Shown: positions 18,520 to 26,678, numbered from the stretch's first letter. The stretch is 64,000 nucleotides of DNA from a virus (IMGVR_UViG_3300025133_000025); one strand, 5' to 3'. A program made the numbers and translations. Notes: generated by a model not told the origin, from the letters alone.

Positions 18520-19098
18520 TCAAGTTCGCCAAGCCCGAGCATTCTCTCTATCTAGCTGCGCAAGGTGCTCAAGCCCAAGATCGTATTGAGCCTCATACAT
18601 GCGCCACAAAGAGTCAACATTCGTATCGTACGAAGGTGAATGCTTCGAAGCATTCAAGGCGAGCATAAACGATTCTCTCTCACCCAAATACATGGAAAAT
18701 TTGTCAACCTTTCCACGCTTAAGAATTGACCCAACACTGGCCTTGACATTTGCAATTCTGTCAGCCAGCTTTACAATCACAGCATTTTCAACACTTGCTG
18801 TTTTTGGATACGTGTTCTGGTGCCGCTCTTTTCGAGTTTCACCCGGGCCGTCAGAGACTGCCCAGACAAGCTGGGCAATTTGCCAACCAAACAACTCTTC
18901 GATATCCTGCACAGTATCGCTTGTGTCTTCAATGTTGTCATGGAGAATTACTGCAATTCTCAGCGTCTTTTCCATGATCCCAACAGAGACAAGCACATCA
19001 TGCGCATCACGAAGGTGCTTCAAATATGAAAAATCTCCATACAGCACACCATCGAATTTGTCTTCTGCATGCTTCCAAGCTTTGCTAATTCTATCCAT
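18520..19098 (-). CDS. HD-domain phosphohydrolase
   Basis: H ... HDNIEDT ... D metal-binding signature. Confidence 0.6.
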   Translation of the reverse strand: MDRISKAWKHAEDKFDGVLYGDFSYLKHLRDAHDVLVSVGIMEKTLRIAVILHDNIEDTSDTVQDIEELFGWQIAQLVWAVSDGPGETRKERHQNTYPKTASVENAVIVKLADRIANVKASVGSILKRGKVDKFSMYLGERESFMLALNASKHSPSYDTNVDSLWRMYEAQYDLGLEHLAQLDRENARAWRT

Positions 19099-19121
19099 TA
19101 TCTATGTTTCTATTTCGAATT

Positions 19122-19197
19122 TGGTGGAGACAAGGGGGATCGAACCCCTGACCTGCTGCTTGCAAAGCAGCCGCTCTCCCAACTGAGCTATGTCCCC
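19122..19197 (-). tRNA. tRNA-Cys (anticodon GCA), CCA encoded
   Basis: manual fold: acceptor GGGGACA/TGTCTCC, anticodon stem CTGCT/AGCAG, loop TTGCAAG. Confidence 0.75.
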
Positions 19198-19204
19198 AAA
19201 AGCT

Positions 19205-19333
19205 TTAAAAGAACAGTGCCTTAATGATCAGAGCTGCGCCACCAAACAAAACCAAATTTGCAATGATGCCAACTACAATAAGAACAGCGCCTCCCTTGAA
19301 GAAGGTGCCAAAGAAATCGTCGTCGTTATCCAT
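19205..19333 (-). CDS. small hydrophobic protein (42 aa, MDNDDDFFGTFF...)
   Basis: AAAGGAA RBS 7 nt upstream; lies between a promoter motif and tRNA-Cys. Confidence 0.3.
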   Translation of the reverse strand: MDNDDDFFGTFFKGGAVLIVVGIIANLVLFGGAALIIKALFF

Positions 19334-19355
19334 GTTCATTTCCTTTCATTCCTGT

Positions 19356-19388
19356 TTATATTGTACAATGTAGTTTCCAGCGCGGAAA
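19356..19388 (-). promoter_or_regulatory. phage promoter motif (TTTCCG-N14-TTGTACAAT)
   Basis: conserved architecture; upstream of the small ORF and tRNA-Cys. Confidence 0.4.
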
Positions 19389-19396
19389 CATGCAAT

Positions 19397-19708
19397 TCAA
19401 AGACTGTACACAAACACATCAAAGTCATGCCAGACTGTATCAATGATCGTTTCAATAATGTCCCAGTCACCGCCACCAAGACCAGCTCCGATTTTTGGAA
19501 ATCCGATCTTTGGATCTCTTTCACCCCACGCACTCAAATTACACCCTTCAAGAACGTCAGCTCGCATTGCCTCCATTGCAAAACGAATTGCTGCGTACTC
19601 AGCATGTCGGCCATGGCCATAACCGTATTGTGTATAGAGGTTGTAGACGTGCATTGGCTCTTCATCACGATTCGATGCAACTGCAACTGCAAACGTACCA
19701 AGCTTCAT
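19397..19708 (-). CDS. hypothetical protein (weak macro-domain-like C-terminal pattern KIGFPKIGAGLGGGDW)
   Basis: ORF track 103 aa; no in-frame N-terminal extension is possible. Confidence 0.4.
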   Translation of the reverse strand: MKLGTFAVAVASNRDEEPMHVYNLYTQYGYGHGRHAEYAAIRFAMEAMRADVLEGCNLSAWGERDPKIGFPKIGAGLGGGDWDIIETIIDTVWHDFDVFVYSL

Positions 19709-19864
19709 CGGATCACTACGCTTGGTGTTGAGCCTATCGGCATCGTAAACATGTGGCCAAGTCTGCCTAAGTTGTCATGCAATTGCAGCCGTGACCAATA
19801 ATATCACAATCTGATTTAAGTAATCGCCCTGCACATGTGTTACAGACATTTTGCTCCACTGAAA

Positions 19865-19941
19865 TGGTAGGAGGGGTGGGGATTGAACCCACGCATCATC
19901 GACTCATAAGATCGCTGCCTTTACCACTTGGCCACCCTCCT
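19865..19941 (-). tRNA. tRNA with anticodon TAT (Ile-UAU-like), CCA encoded
   Basis: manual fold: acceptor AGGAGGG/CCCTCCT, T arm GTGGG-TTCAATC-CCCAC, 4-bp anticodon stem, loop CTTATGA. Confidence 0.55.
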
Positions 19942-20003
19942 ATGAGTGAGTAGTAATTTTGGCATACACTTAGGATCATCGCCAATGACACTGGCGCTGT
20001 TAT

Positions 20004-21440
20004 TTACAATCTAGAATTCACACACTCTTCGTACGCCTTATCATCACGCCAACGAACAATTCGTGGGAAACGAAGTGCGTCAGTTTTATCACCATCAGAC
20101 CTGTACGTGCGTGAATCGTATTCAACTTCTACAACAAGCGGGTAGATGCTTTTGTCACTTAGATCTACCCGCAGCAGACCATCGGGATATTCCTTTGTGA
20201 ACTTATCCTTGATGCCGCCGCCAGCCTTACAGATCCATACCTCTTCCCCAGCCTCATTCAGCTGGTAAAGCCCGACACTGCCGCACATGCCCTGGTGCTT
20301 GCCCTTGCCGTACTCGCCGATGTCGTCTTCAGGATCCCAGCGAGCGATGAAGTCATCCTCATAGGAGGGCTTTACCTTGGCACACATGCCACGAGGCCTG
20401 TCGGGCTTACCCCTGAAGTTGAACGCCTTCTCACCATAGACAGCTGTCGGATCAACAACCACGAAGCCTTCCCAATCCAACTCCTTCGCCAGATCAGTTG
20501 CCATTGTAAGCACAGGCGGAAAATCCGCAAACTCATCTTCAAGATCAGTTGCAAGCTGCAAATCACTCGGTGTCCAAACATCCAGAGGCAGAATTGGTGT
20601 ATGTCCGAGCACCCACCAGTTCTCTAGTTTAAGCCACTCCCTGTTCATTGGCTCAAGGAGCTTTTGCCTTTCGGCGAAAGACATCGTCTTGGCAACTTCA
20701 ACACCGCCCCAAATGGCAACATCCCAGATATAATACGACACCCAACCGTCCGCTGCTTGGATGGCAAGTGATTCATGAGTCAGTGACTTTGTAACACGAG
20801 CGACGTGCGTGAAGTCATCGACACCACCGCGGTCCATGACCATCTCACCAAGGAACACAGTATTGGGTGGGAAGATTTCGACCTCAGCCATCGCTTCAAA
20901 TTCTTCTACAATCTTCGGGTAACGAAGTGCCCACGGTTTCCCAGGTTCCTTGTCCATCGACTGAAGCATTCGGCGGGAGTACACTTCAGTGCTGTCAGCA
21001 GTAACGCGAATCACGTGCATCATGCCGTCACGCTTGCGGCCGAAGATGGCTTTCCCATCCTCAATCAGCTTGAGCATCTTGCCGCCAGGCTTGTTGTTCG
21101 GCTTGTAGAAGCAGAGATTTGTTGGCAATGGCTCGTCGGCGCTTACAGCTTCAACTCGCACTTCTGTGGCAACACCATCAACATATTCAATGTAGCCTGC
21201 CCTGCGCTGCTCTTCAATCTTCTTATCGACCCGTGTCTGGGCAAATTCCTCTGGGCTTAGCTCATTTGACTTACCAATGTTGACACCAGCGTAAGTATGG
21301 GATGCCTCCTGCATCTGCCCACCGAGCTGGCCGTAACGAACTGTCTCTGTTGCTCCATGGAGCTCAATTGTCCAAAGAAGCGCAGCTGTCCTGCCCTTTT
21401 GTCGAAATTCACGCATAATCACTTCTTTCTCTGCAACCAA
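20004..21440 (-). CDS. ATP-dependent DNA ligase with N-terminal WGR-like domain
   Basis: motif I KRDGMMHV and motif VI FPRIVRWRDDK; N-terminal VRYGQLGG ... KK ... GY resembles WGR. Confidence 0.8.
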   Translation of the reverse strand: MVAEKEVIMREFRQKGRTAALLWTIELHGATETVRYGQLGGQMQEASHTYAGVNIGKSNELSPEEFAQTRVDKKIEEQRRAGYIEYVDGVATEVRVEAVSADEPLPTNLCFYKPNNKPGGKMLKLIEDGKAIFGRKRDGMMHVIRVTADSTEVYSRRMLQSMDKEPGKPWALRYPKIVEEFEAMAEVEIFPPNTVFLGEMVMDRGGVDDFTHVARVTKSLTHESLAIQAADGWVSYYIWDVAIWGGVEVAKTMSFAERQKLLEPMNREWLKLENWWVLGHTPILPLDVWTPSDLQLATDLEDEFADFPPVLTMATDLAKELDWEGFVVVDPTAVYGEKAFNFRGKPDRPRGMCAKVKPSYEDDFIARWDPEDDIGEYGKGKHQGMCGSVGLYQLNEAGEEVWICKAGGGIKDKFTKEYPDGLLRVDLSDKSIYPLVVEVEYDSRTYRSDGDKTDALRFPRIVRWRDDKAYEECVNSRL

Positions 21441-21784
21441 CCAAAGCTGAGTGCGTAGCTTGTCTCACTGGCACGTGATACGCCATGGATAACCTCATCA
21501 GGCCTGAAGATGTTCAGCCTATTGGCGAAAAAGCCTCCATAGGCCGCACGTGCACGAGCAAATAGTGACTGCCCCTGCACAAGTCTCGAACCTGTCGCTC
21601 CCCGCCAGAAAACAAAGTTAACGCGCCAATGCTTGAATCCATCAGGCGCTGGGTCTTTGTGATATGCAATGTGCACACCCTTTGGGAGCTTAAGTAGAAC
21701 TAAGTGCATGCGCAGGCGTTTTGAGTTGAGCAGCTCCACCTTGAAATAATCGCCACCTTGCCGGCCAGGTACCCACTTGAACAT
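21419..21784 (-). CDS. hypothetical protein 121 aa
   Basis: ORF track. Confidence 0.45.
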   Translation of the reverse strand: MFKWVPGRQGGDYFKVELLNSKRLRMHLVLLKLPKGVHIAYHKDPAPDGFKHWRVNFVFWRGATGSRLVQGQSLFARARAAYGGFFANRLNIFRPDEVIHGVSRASETSYALSFGWLQRKK

Positions 21785-21790
21785 AACTGC

Positions 21791-22051
21791 TCAGTTATTC
21801 TCGTGGCAGGTTGTATCGCTGATGATTCCAAACCCAAATACACACTTGACTGTGATTGATTTATTCACCCCGTCACAGGTCATGCGGACTTCTGTCTGCG
21901 AAGCGCCATTTTCGCCACCATAGTGGTGACCCAGTGACTGGTGGTTTGTGCAGTCAGGGTACGCCCTCGCGGCATAACTGGTAGCTGCGTCAGAGCTAAC
22001 ACAGCCGCTGAGCATGAACATCGCGGCAATCAAAATTACAAACTTATACAT
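21791..22051 (-). CDS. lipoprotein
   Basis: signal peptide plus lipobox MFMLSGC from the internal Met; start abuts the upstream stop. Confidence 0.5.
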   Translation of the reverse strand: MYKFVILIAAMFMLSGCVSSDAATSYAARAYPDCTNHQSLGHHYGGENGASQTEVRMTCDGVNKSITVKCVFGFGIISDTTCHENN

Positions 22052-22052
22052 C

Positions 22053-22268
22053 TTACTCTCCAGTGTACCTGACACTCTCGATTGTGATCTCTTCGTCTTC
22101 AGAGCCCCAAGTGACAGAATCAGCATCACTTTCAACAATTTCACGAAGCACTTCCTCCAGCGAGCTAGCCACTTCCCCGACAGCCCACTGTGACATGCCC
22201 TTAATTGAAAGCGTTACTTCACTTTCTTGTTCAAGAACTCTTTTAATCTTTACGCTAAATTCAGCCAT
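22053..22268 (-). CDS. acidic hypothetical protein
   Basis: ORF track 71 aa. Confidence 0.45.
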   Translation of the reverse strand: MAEFSVKIKRVLEQESEVTLSIKGMSQWAVGEVASSLEEVLREIVESDADSVTWGSEDEEITIESVRYTGE

Positions 22269-22305
22269 GTTCTCTTCTCCAGTATTGTTATCAGCACCTA
22301 TGAAT

Positions 22306-22381
22306 GGTACGCCCGGCAGGACTCGAACCTGCGACCTGCGGATTAGGAATCCGCTGCTCTATCCAGCTGAGCTACGGGCGT
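22306..22381 (-). tRNA. tRNA-Arg (anticodon CCT), CCA encoded
   Basis: manual fold: acceptor ACGCCCG/CGGGCGT, anticodon stem GCGGA/TCCGC, loop TTCCTAA. Confidence 0.75.
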
Positions 22382-22391
22382 ATTTTAAATG

Positions 22392-22547
22392 AAGGGCCAG
22401 CAGGATTCGAACCTGCATCCCAGCCAGTGATTTCTCACTACGCTTGTGTTGCAATGCAAACAACCAAATTCACCTTGCAGCACATGGTTTCTAGCGCAAG
22501 CATGAGCATCATTCCCGGCCGTATTCTACCACTTGAACTATGGTCCT
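22392..22547 (-). tRNA. tRNA-like gene of about 156 nt with about 90-nt insertion in the anticodon loop (intron-containing tRNA or disrupted tRNA)
   Basis: canonical acceptor (AGGACCA/TGGCCCT), D arm (GTTC-AAGTGGTAG-AAT), T arm (GCAGG-TTCGAAT-CCTGC) and anticodon stem CGGCC/GGCTG flank an insert; no CCA. Confidence 0.5.
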
Positions 22548-22554
22548 ATAAGCT

Positions 22555-22803
22555 TTAATCCCAGCAGGCGTCGCCGACCAACACAACAGCAGGGCCAACG
22601 ATTGGCTGCCCAGCAATGAACGAAGCCTCAGGATTTCCCGGCAATCCCTTCAGAAGACCTTCTTCATCAATAAGCATCTGTGTCTTATCACCATCAACTG
22701 GTGCAAGCTCAATCAATTGAACGTATCCACCGACAAGCTTCTGAGCAACTACAAGACTTGGCTTGTTCTTTTTGCCGCTCAGTAGTGTTACACTATCATT
22801 CAT
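22555..22803 (-). CDS. hypothetical protein
   Basis: ORF track 82 aa. Confidence 0.45.
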   Translation of the reverse strand: MNDSVTLLSGKKNKPSLVVAQKLVGGYVQLIELAPVDGDKTQMLIDEEGLLKGLPGNPEASFIAGQPIVGPAVVLVGDACWD

Positions 22804-22820
22804 GATTTCTCCTTAGTTAA

Positions 22821-22908
22821 TGGTGGGGCAGGGAAGAGTCGAACTTCCGGGCTGCATACACAGAAGGGATTTACAATCCCCACCCGCCCCCTACGGGTCT
22901 ACCGCCCC
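22821..22908 (-). tRNA. tRNA-Tyr (anticodon GTA), type II with long variable arm, CCA encoded
   Basis: manual fold: acceptor GGGGCGG/CTGCCCC, loop TTGTAAA, T arm GGAAG-TTCGACT-CTTCC. Confidence 0.7.
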
Positions 22909-22916
22909 AATTTCAG

Positions 22917-23075
22917 TTAAGCTGCGATGACGAAGCCTGATTCAATCATCGCTTCTGCGAAGGCCCAGGCTGTCATCAGTGCAAATGCAACCTTGATAAT
23001 CAAGTTTGTCCAACCATCCCTTGACCAGATGGTTGTCATAAACAGAAAAACGATCGTGGCAACAGTCTCAAACAT
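22917..23075 (-). CDS. small membrane protein (52 aa, MFETVATIVFLFMTTIW...)
   Basis: below track cutoff; GGAGATTGAGTA-ATG coupling to the upstream stop; hydrophobic. Confidence 0.35.
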   Translation of the reverse strand: MFETVATIVFLFMTTIWSRDGWTNLIIKVAFALMTAWAFAEAMIESGFVIAA

Positions 23076-23374
23076 TACTCAATCTCCTCAAGCGCAAGTT
23101 GTCCAGCAGAGAAAGCACGAATCTTCTTAAGAAGTGCTGTCAATTCTGGCTTTGCAAATTCATAAAGTTCACGTTCTTCTTCACTGGCGCCACGATATGC
23201 GCTTGAACGAAGAACAACAGAGGTGCTATTGTCGAACACAATCTCAGCCTTTTGCGGATTCTCAGGAAGCGAAGCATACGCAACAAGTCGCGAAATATTT
23301 CTATCAATGGCAGCGCGCTGCGCCATTGCCTCCCTGATTTGCTCAGCAACCTTCTCTGCAATGCTCATCTTCAT
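23075..23374 (-). CDS. hypothetical protein 99 aa
   Basis: ORF track. Confidence 0.5.
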   Translation of the reverse strand: MKMSIAEKVAEQIREAMAQRAAIDRNISRLVAYASLPENPQKAEIVFDNSTSVVLRSSAYRGASEEERELYEFAKPELTALLKKIRAFSAGQLALEEIE

Positions 23375-23384
23375 CCTCAGTTAA

Positions 23385-23460
23385 TGGATCGTAGGACGGG
23401 ACTTGAACCCGCGTCTTCGGGATCACAACCCGATGTTCTAACCAACTGAACTACCCGCGA
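23385..23460 (-). tRNA. tRNA-His (anticodon GTG), CCA encoded
   Basis: manual fold: anticodon stem TCGGG/CCCGA perfect, loop TTGTGAT; acceptor has one mismatch and no obvious G-1. Confidence 0.6.
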
Positions 23461-23562
23461 ATCAATTTTCCTTTATGCCTCTAAAGCCCCAGCCAATTAG
23501 CATGCCGGCAATTAGCGCCAGAATCATTCCCACTTCTAGGACCCAGAGCGGTACCACAATTA

Positions 23563-23757
23563 CTACCGAGCCTTCCAGCAATCTTCACACATCGTTGTTC
23601 CAGGGATCACCTTGCCTTGGTGGCAGCGAATGCAAAACTCTGATTGCAGAACCTGCGCACAAACGCCGCAGATCACACCCTTGGCAGTTTCACCGCACTC
23701 TCCGCAATGCTCAGTACAATGTCCGTGCGGATGCTTTCTTTCTGTATCACAACTCAT
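23563..23757 (-). CDS. Cys-rich zinc-finger-like small protein
   Basis: 64 aa with 13 Cys (HCTEHCGECGE ... CGVCAQ ... CIRCHQ ... CEDC). Confidence 0.45.
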   Translation of the reverse strand: MSCDTERKHPHGHCTEHCGECGETAKGVICGVCAQVLQSEFCIRCHQGKVIPGTTMCEDCWKAR

Positions 23758-23772
23758 CGTAGTTCCTAAAAG

Positions 23773-23848
23773 TGGAGCCCCCGACCCGAGTCGAACGGGT
23801 GACCCTTCCCTTACAAGGGGAACGCTCTGGCCACTGAGCTACGGGGGC
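23773..23848 (-). tRNA. tRNA-Thr (anticodon TGT), CCA encoded
   Basis: manual fold: acceptor GCCCCCG/CGGGGGC, anticodon stem TTCCC/GGGAA, loop CTTGTAA. Confidence 0.75.
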
Positions 23849-23853
23849 ATAAA

Positions 23854-24264
23854 TCAAATATTGGCTTCCTCAAGCTTGCTTGCGTCAAGAGAAAAAACCT
23901 CGGCCACCCTTCTCATTTCATCTCTAAATTTTGCTTGAAAATCAATTGGATCGCAGTCAGCAGCAAGATCATGAGCAATCACCAGGTGTGAAAATAGCTC
24001 TCCATACTGGCTAAACCTTGTAGCTTTCGAAACTACTGAGCTAGCACCCCAACCCTCTTCGTCAGCCACGGCAGCTTCGTAATCAGTCATGAATGCACCC
24101 ATGGCGCAAGCCTTTCCTCCACTGCGATACTTATAGCGGGGGGTCACGTCGGAAGTAATGCATGGACCCTGGCCTAGGATAAATGACGCAGCGTTGTCAA
24201 ACACCTCCTGGTTGGTAGGCGAAGCCTCCAAATCAAGGATTGGATATACAGTTATGTAAGACAT
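23854..24264 (-). CDS. hypothetical protein 136 aa
   Basis: ORF track; promoter motif upstream. Confidence 0.5.
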   Translation of the reverse strand: MSYITVYPILDLEASPTNQEVFDNAASFILGQGPCITSDVTPRYKYRSGGKACAMGAFMTDYEAAVADEEGWGASSVVSKATRFSQYGELFSHLVIAHDLAADCDPIDFQAKFRDEMRRVAEVFSLDASKLEEANI

Positions 24265-24313
24265 TCTAATCTCCGTTATTCAAACCGTTTTACGGGTTTT
24301 CTATTCCTGTTAC

Positions 24314-24343
24314 TATTATAACACGTTGGGTGTTAAACGGAAA
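24314..24343 (-). promoter_or_regulatory. phage promoter motif (TTTCCG-N14-TGTTATAAT)
   Basis: plus-strand text TATTATAACA ... AACGGAAAAAA. Confidence 0.45.
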
Positions 24344-24354
24344 AAACCGGCGCT

Positions 24355-24627
24355 TTATTCAAGTCCAGGCTGGCTTGCTGCATTTTGTGTCACTTCTTCG
24401 CTTCGCGTGTTAAATGTCCGCCGCCCTGGCGTGCAACTGCCCGGGCAATGTTCTTCGCCAGCAGTATTGTAGCCATCAATTTCTACCCAGCGTTTATGCT
24501 CTGGTAAAACTGCGTCTTCTTCAATATCGAACCAGACACGACACTCATCACAACCTATACGCTCCATCGATGCGCTCATGCAATCAATACCACTCTGTCT
24601 TGAAAATTCGAATTCTTGCGAACGCAC
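24355..24627 (-). CDS. Cys-rich hypothetical protein
   Basis: ORF track 90 aa. Confidence 0.4.
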   Translation of the reverse strand: MRSQEFEFSRQSGIDCMSASMERIGCDECRVWFDIEEDAVLPEHKRWVEIDGYNTAGEEHCPGSCTPGRRTFNTRSEEVTQNAASQPGLE

Positions 24628-24853
24628 TCATGGTAGCTGCTGTGCTGTACAGTTCTGCGTCATTTAAGAAAGCTGTGCGGGCAATGTAGTTAAGATCGCA
24701 GATGGCAGTCCTGTCTGGAATTTCAAGTACCTTGATGGCCTTGGCTGGTCCTACGATCGTCCAGCCCTTCTTAAAGAGTATGCCTGCAATCTCAGGGTCA
24801 AGCCCGCTGGTGACGTAATATTCAACTGTCCATTTCTCAGTGTACTCAGCCAT
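24584..24853 (-). CDS. hypothetical protein
   Basis: ORF track 89 aa. Confidence 0.4.
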   Translation of the reverse strand: MAEYTEKWTVEYYVTSGLDPEIAGILFKKGWTIVGPAKAIKVLEIPDRTAICDLNYIARTAFLNDAELYSTAATMSAFARIRIFKTEWY

Positions 24854-24891
24854 CTTCTACTCTGTCAGTTAAAATGCTCATGACTAGGTCC

Positions 24892-24988
24892 TTCAGTGAA
24901 ATGGCGGAGAGACAGGGATTCGAACCCTGACAGGGCGTTAGCCCCTAACAGTTTTCAAGACTGCAGTCGATACCCAGAATCTTTCGAC
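24892..24988 (-). tRNA. tRNA-Ser (anticodon TGA), type II, enlarged D region, CCA encoded
   Basis: manual fold: acceptor GGAGAGG/TCTCTCC, loop CTTGAAA, variable arm GGGGC-TAA-GCCCC, T arm CAGGG-TTCGAAT-CCCTG; 97 nt. Confidence 0.65.
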
Positions 24989-25000
24989 TTACCTCTCCAT

Positions 25001-25243
25001 TTATCGATCGTGTGCTGCGTTCCATGTGTTGAAAATAGAAAGCTGCCACTCTTCTTCAAACTCAGGCCCAGCTCCACAAATACTCATAATTGTATCAACC
25101 AATTCAGTCACATGAAGCCCGGCAATCTCTGGTGCAGAATATCTAATGCTGCTTTCCCGTGACGCGAGCAGCGCTCTATCACCTGGGCGGTTACGGGGCA
25201 CCAGTTCACGAATTTCGCTTGCAAGTTTTGCGTAATCAATCAT
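25001..25243 (-). CDS. hypothetical protein
   Basis: ORF track 80 aa. Confidence 0.4.
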   Translation of the reverse strand: MIDYAKLASEIRELVPRNRPGDRALLASRESSIRYSAPEIAGLHVTELVDTIMSICGAGPEFEEEWQLSIFNTWNAAHDR

Positions 25244-25257
25244 TTCTGTTCCTTATT

Positions 25258-25346
25258 TGGCGGAAGGTAAAGGAATCGAACCTTTGGGGCAGTTACACCC
25301 ATCGCTTAGCAGGCGACTCCAGCTCACCAGCCTCTGGCGACCTTCC
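25258..25346 (-). tRNA. tRNA-Ser (anticodon GCT), type II, CCA encoded
   Basis: manual fold: acceptor GGAAGGT/ACCTTCC, loop CTGCTAA, T arm AAAGG-TTCGATT-CCTTT. Confidence 0.7.
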
Positions 25347-25457
25347 AGTATTCTATCTATTTGAAACAAGTTGCGCAGGGTTGATTTGGCACCCATATTG
25401 GGCCTCCGCAATACCTGCAACGCTGCTTGCTCTTCTTCAATCTCATGATTATCCTAT

Positions 25458-25533
25458 TTGGTGCGCGAAGCAGGGCTCGAACCTGCGACATGAAGCTTGT
25501 AAAGCTCCTGCTCTACCAACTGAGCTATCCGCG
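25458..25533 (-). tRNA. tRNA-Val (anticodon TAC), CCA encoded
   Basis: manual fold: acceptor GCGCGGA/TTCGCGC, loop TTTACAA, T arm GCAGG-TTCGAGC-CCTGC. Confidence 0.7.
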
Positions 25534-25540
25534 CAAATAT

Positions 25541-25628
25541 TTGGTGGGGAAGGTGGGACTCGAACCCACACGGCCGTTGAGCCCACGGATTTTGAGTCCG
25601 CTGCGTATACCAATTCCGCCACATCCCC
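25541..25628 (-). tRNA. tRNA-Leu (anticodon CAA), type II, CCA encoded
   Basis: manual fold: loop CTCAAAA, T arm GTGGG-TTCGAGT-CCCAC; one acceptor mismatch. Confidence 0.65.
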
Positions 25629-25634
25629 AATTCT

Positions 25635-25940
25635 TTATAGGTTCTGCGCGCGAAGCGCTTCCAGGCACAATGCAATTTCTTTTTCACGTGCTCTTGCAGT
25701 TCTGATACTGCTCAACGGATCATGCACAAAATCGCAGACACCGCATGCCCAGACAAATTCCTCGGTCCCATTAAAGTAACCATTTCTACCGTAAGCTGTG
25801 CCATCCCAACTAACAACGCTATGAATGTCGCGGGCGCATAGCCTGGCAGATCTTTTGGCATTTCGCCCTTCTTTGTATTTCGCCCACCACGATTGCTTTT
25901 TCATTCCTGCTCTTCTCCAGTCAAAGGAGGTGCGTTCCAC
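25635..25940 (-). CDS. hypothetical protein (possibly starting at internal MKKQSWW)
   Basis: ORF track 101 aa. Confidence 0.4.
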   Translation of the reverse strand: MERTSFDWRRAGMKKQSWWAKYKEGRNAKRSARLCARDIHSVVSWDGTAYGRNGYFNGTEEFVWACGVCDFVHDPLSSIRTARAREKEIALCLEALRAQNL

Positions 25941-26260
25941 ATTTTAATATCGCATGAAACTCCTTCACCAAGAATTGGCATGGAGCAATCAATTGCAATA
26001 ATGTCATACGCTGGATCATCATCAAGACCGTTCGGCCAAATCTTTACAGCAGAGAAGTCCTTACAGCGCATGTTGCTCCGCACTTCGTTATCAAACCACG
26101 CTGGAATTTCGCAAATTGTAATTGCGTACGCGTCATCATGAATTTCCATGACGATTTCAGAAACTACTGCTGAATCGTCATCATTACTCGGTGGAAGCGG
26201 ACATCCAGCAAGAAAAACAATGGAAGCAAGTGCCAAGCTCAGTTGAAATGCACGCTTCAT
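25901..26260 (-). CDS. lipoprotein
   Basis: MKRAFQLSLALASIVFLAGC signal peptide with lipobox; promoter motif upstream. Confidence 0.5.
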   Translation of the reverse strand: MKRAFQLSLALASIVFLAGCPLPPSNDDDSAVVSEIVMEIHDDAYAITICEIPAWFDNEVRSNMRCKDFSAVKIWPNGLDDDPAYDIIAIDCSMPILGEGVSCDIKMWNAPPLTGEEQE

Positions 26261-26295
26261 GGTTACTCCAGTTTTTGCGGTTTGATTGCCTATCT

Positions 26296-26325
26296 CTATT
26301 ATACAACTACATTTCTTTCACGGAG
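26296..26325 (-). promoter_or_regulatory. phage promoter motif (CTCCGT-N14-TGTATAAT)
   Basis: conserved architecture. Confidence 0.4.
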
Positions 26326-26344
26326 ATGCTCTCTGGCAAGCTCT

Positions 26345-26572
26345 TTAGTTCTTCACAGATCGATAGCCAGCAGTCCTTGCATTCTTCTCAGTTTCAAAAC
26401 ACCATTCTGCAACTGTCTGCCAGTAGTAACCACTTTCCGTTGTATGATACACCATAGATTCAAAGTTTCCCTTGATGGGAAACTCCTTTGTACAATGGCC
26501 CTTTGTATCTGGAAGATGAGCACACCCTGACAAAAGTAGGAGCATAGTGAGTGTGATAAAAAGCTTCTTCAT
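26345..26572 (-). CDS. lipoprotein
   Basis: internal Met MKKLFITLTMLLLLSGC with lipobox. Confidence 0.5.
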   Translation of the reverse strand: MKKLFITLTMLLLLSGCAHLPDTKGHCTKEFPIKGNFESMVYHTTESGYYWQTVAEWCFETEKNARTAGYRSVKN

Positions 26573-26593
26573 TGTTTCTCGTGCATCTTGATT

Positions 26594-26673
26594 TGGTTGG
26601 GTTGGATGGATTTGAACCATCGTGCAACCGGCTACCCTTTCAACTGCTTATCAGGCGGAGGGGATACAACCCA
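26594..26673 (-). tRNA. tRNA-like element or degenerate tRNA, identity unresolved
   Basis: clear T arm GATGG-TTCAAAT-CCATC, acceptor TGGGTTG/CAACCCA and CCA, but no canonical D or anticodon arms could be folded by hand. Confidence 0.3.
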
Positions 26674-26678
26674 ATGAT

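Noticed and set aside
18233-18668. ORFs 18233..18589 (+) and 18420..18668 (+) overlapping tRNA-Pro
   Set aside because: They sit on top of a well-folded tRNA and on the opposite strand of the local gene orientation, with no RBS.
22304-22558. 84-aa plus-strand ORF spanning tRNA-Arg and the long tRNA-like gene
   Set aside because: It is the reverse complement of tRNA sequence, so an artefact.
25159-25779. 206-aa plus-strand ORF, with 25427..25705 (+) and 25454..25687 (-), across three tRNA genes
   Set aside because: It overlaps the tRNA-Ser, Val and Leu loci, with no coding signal.
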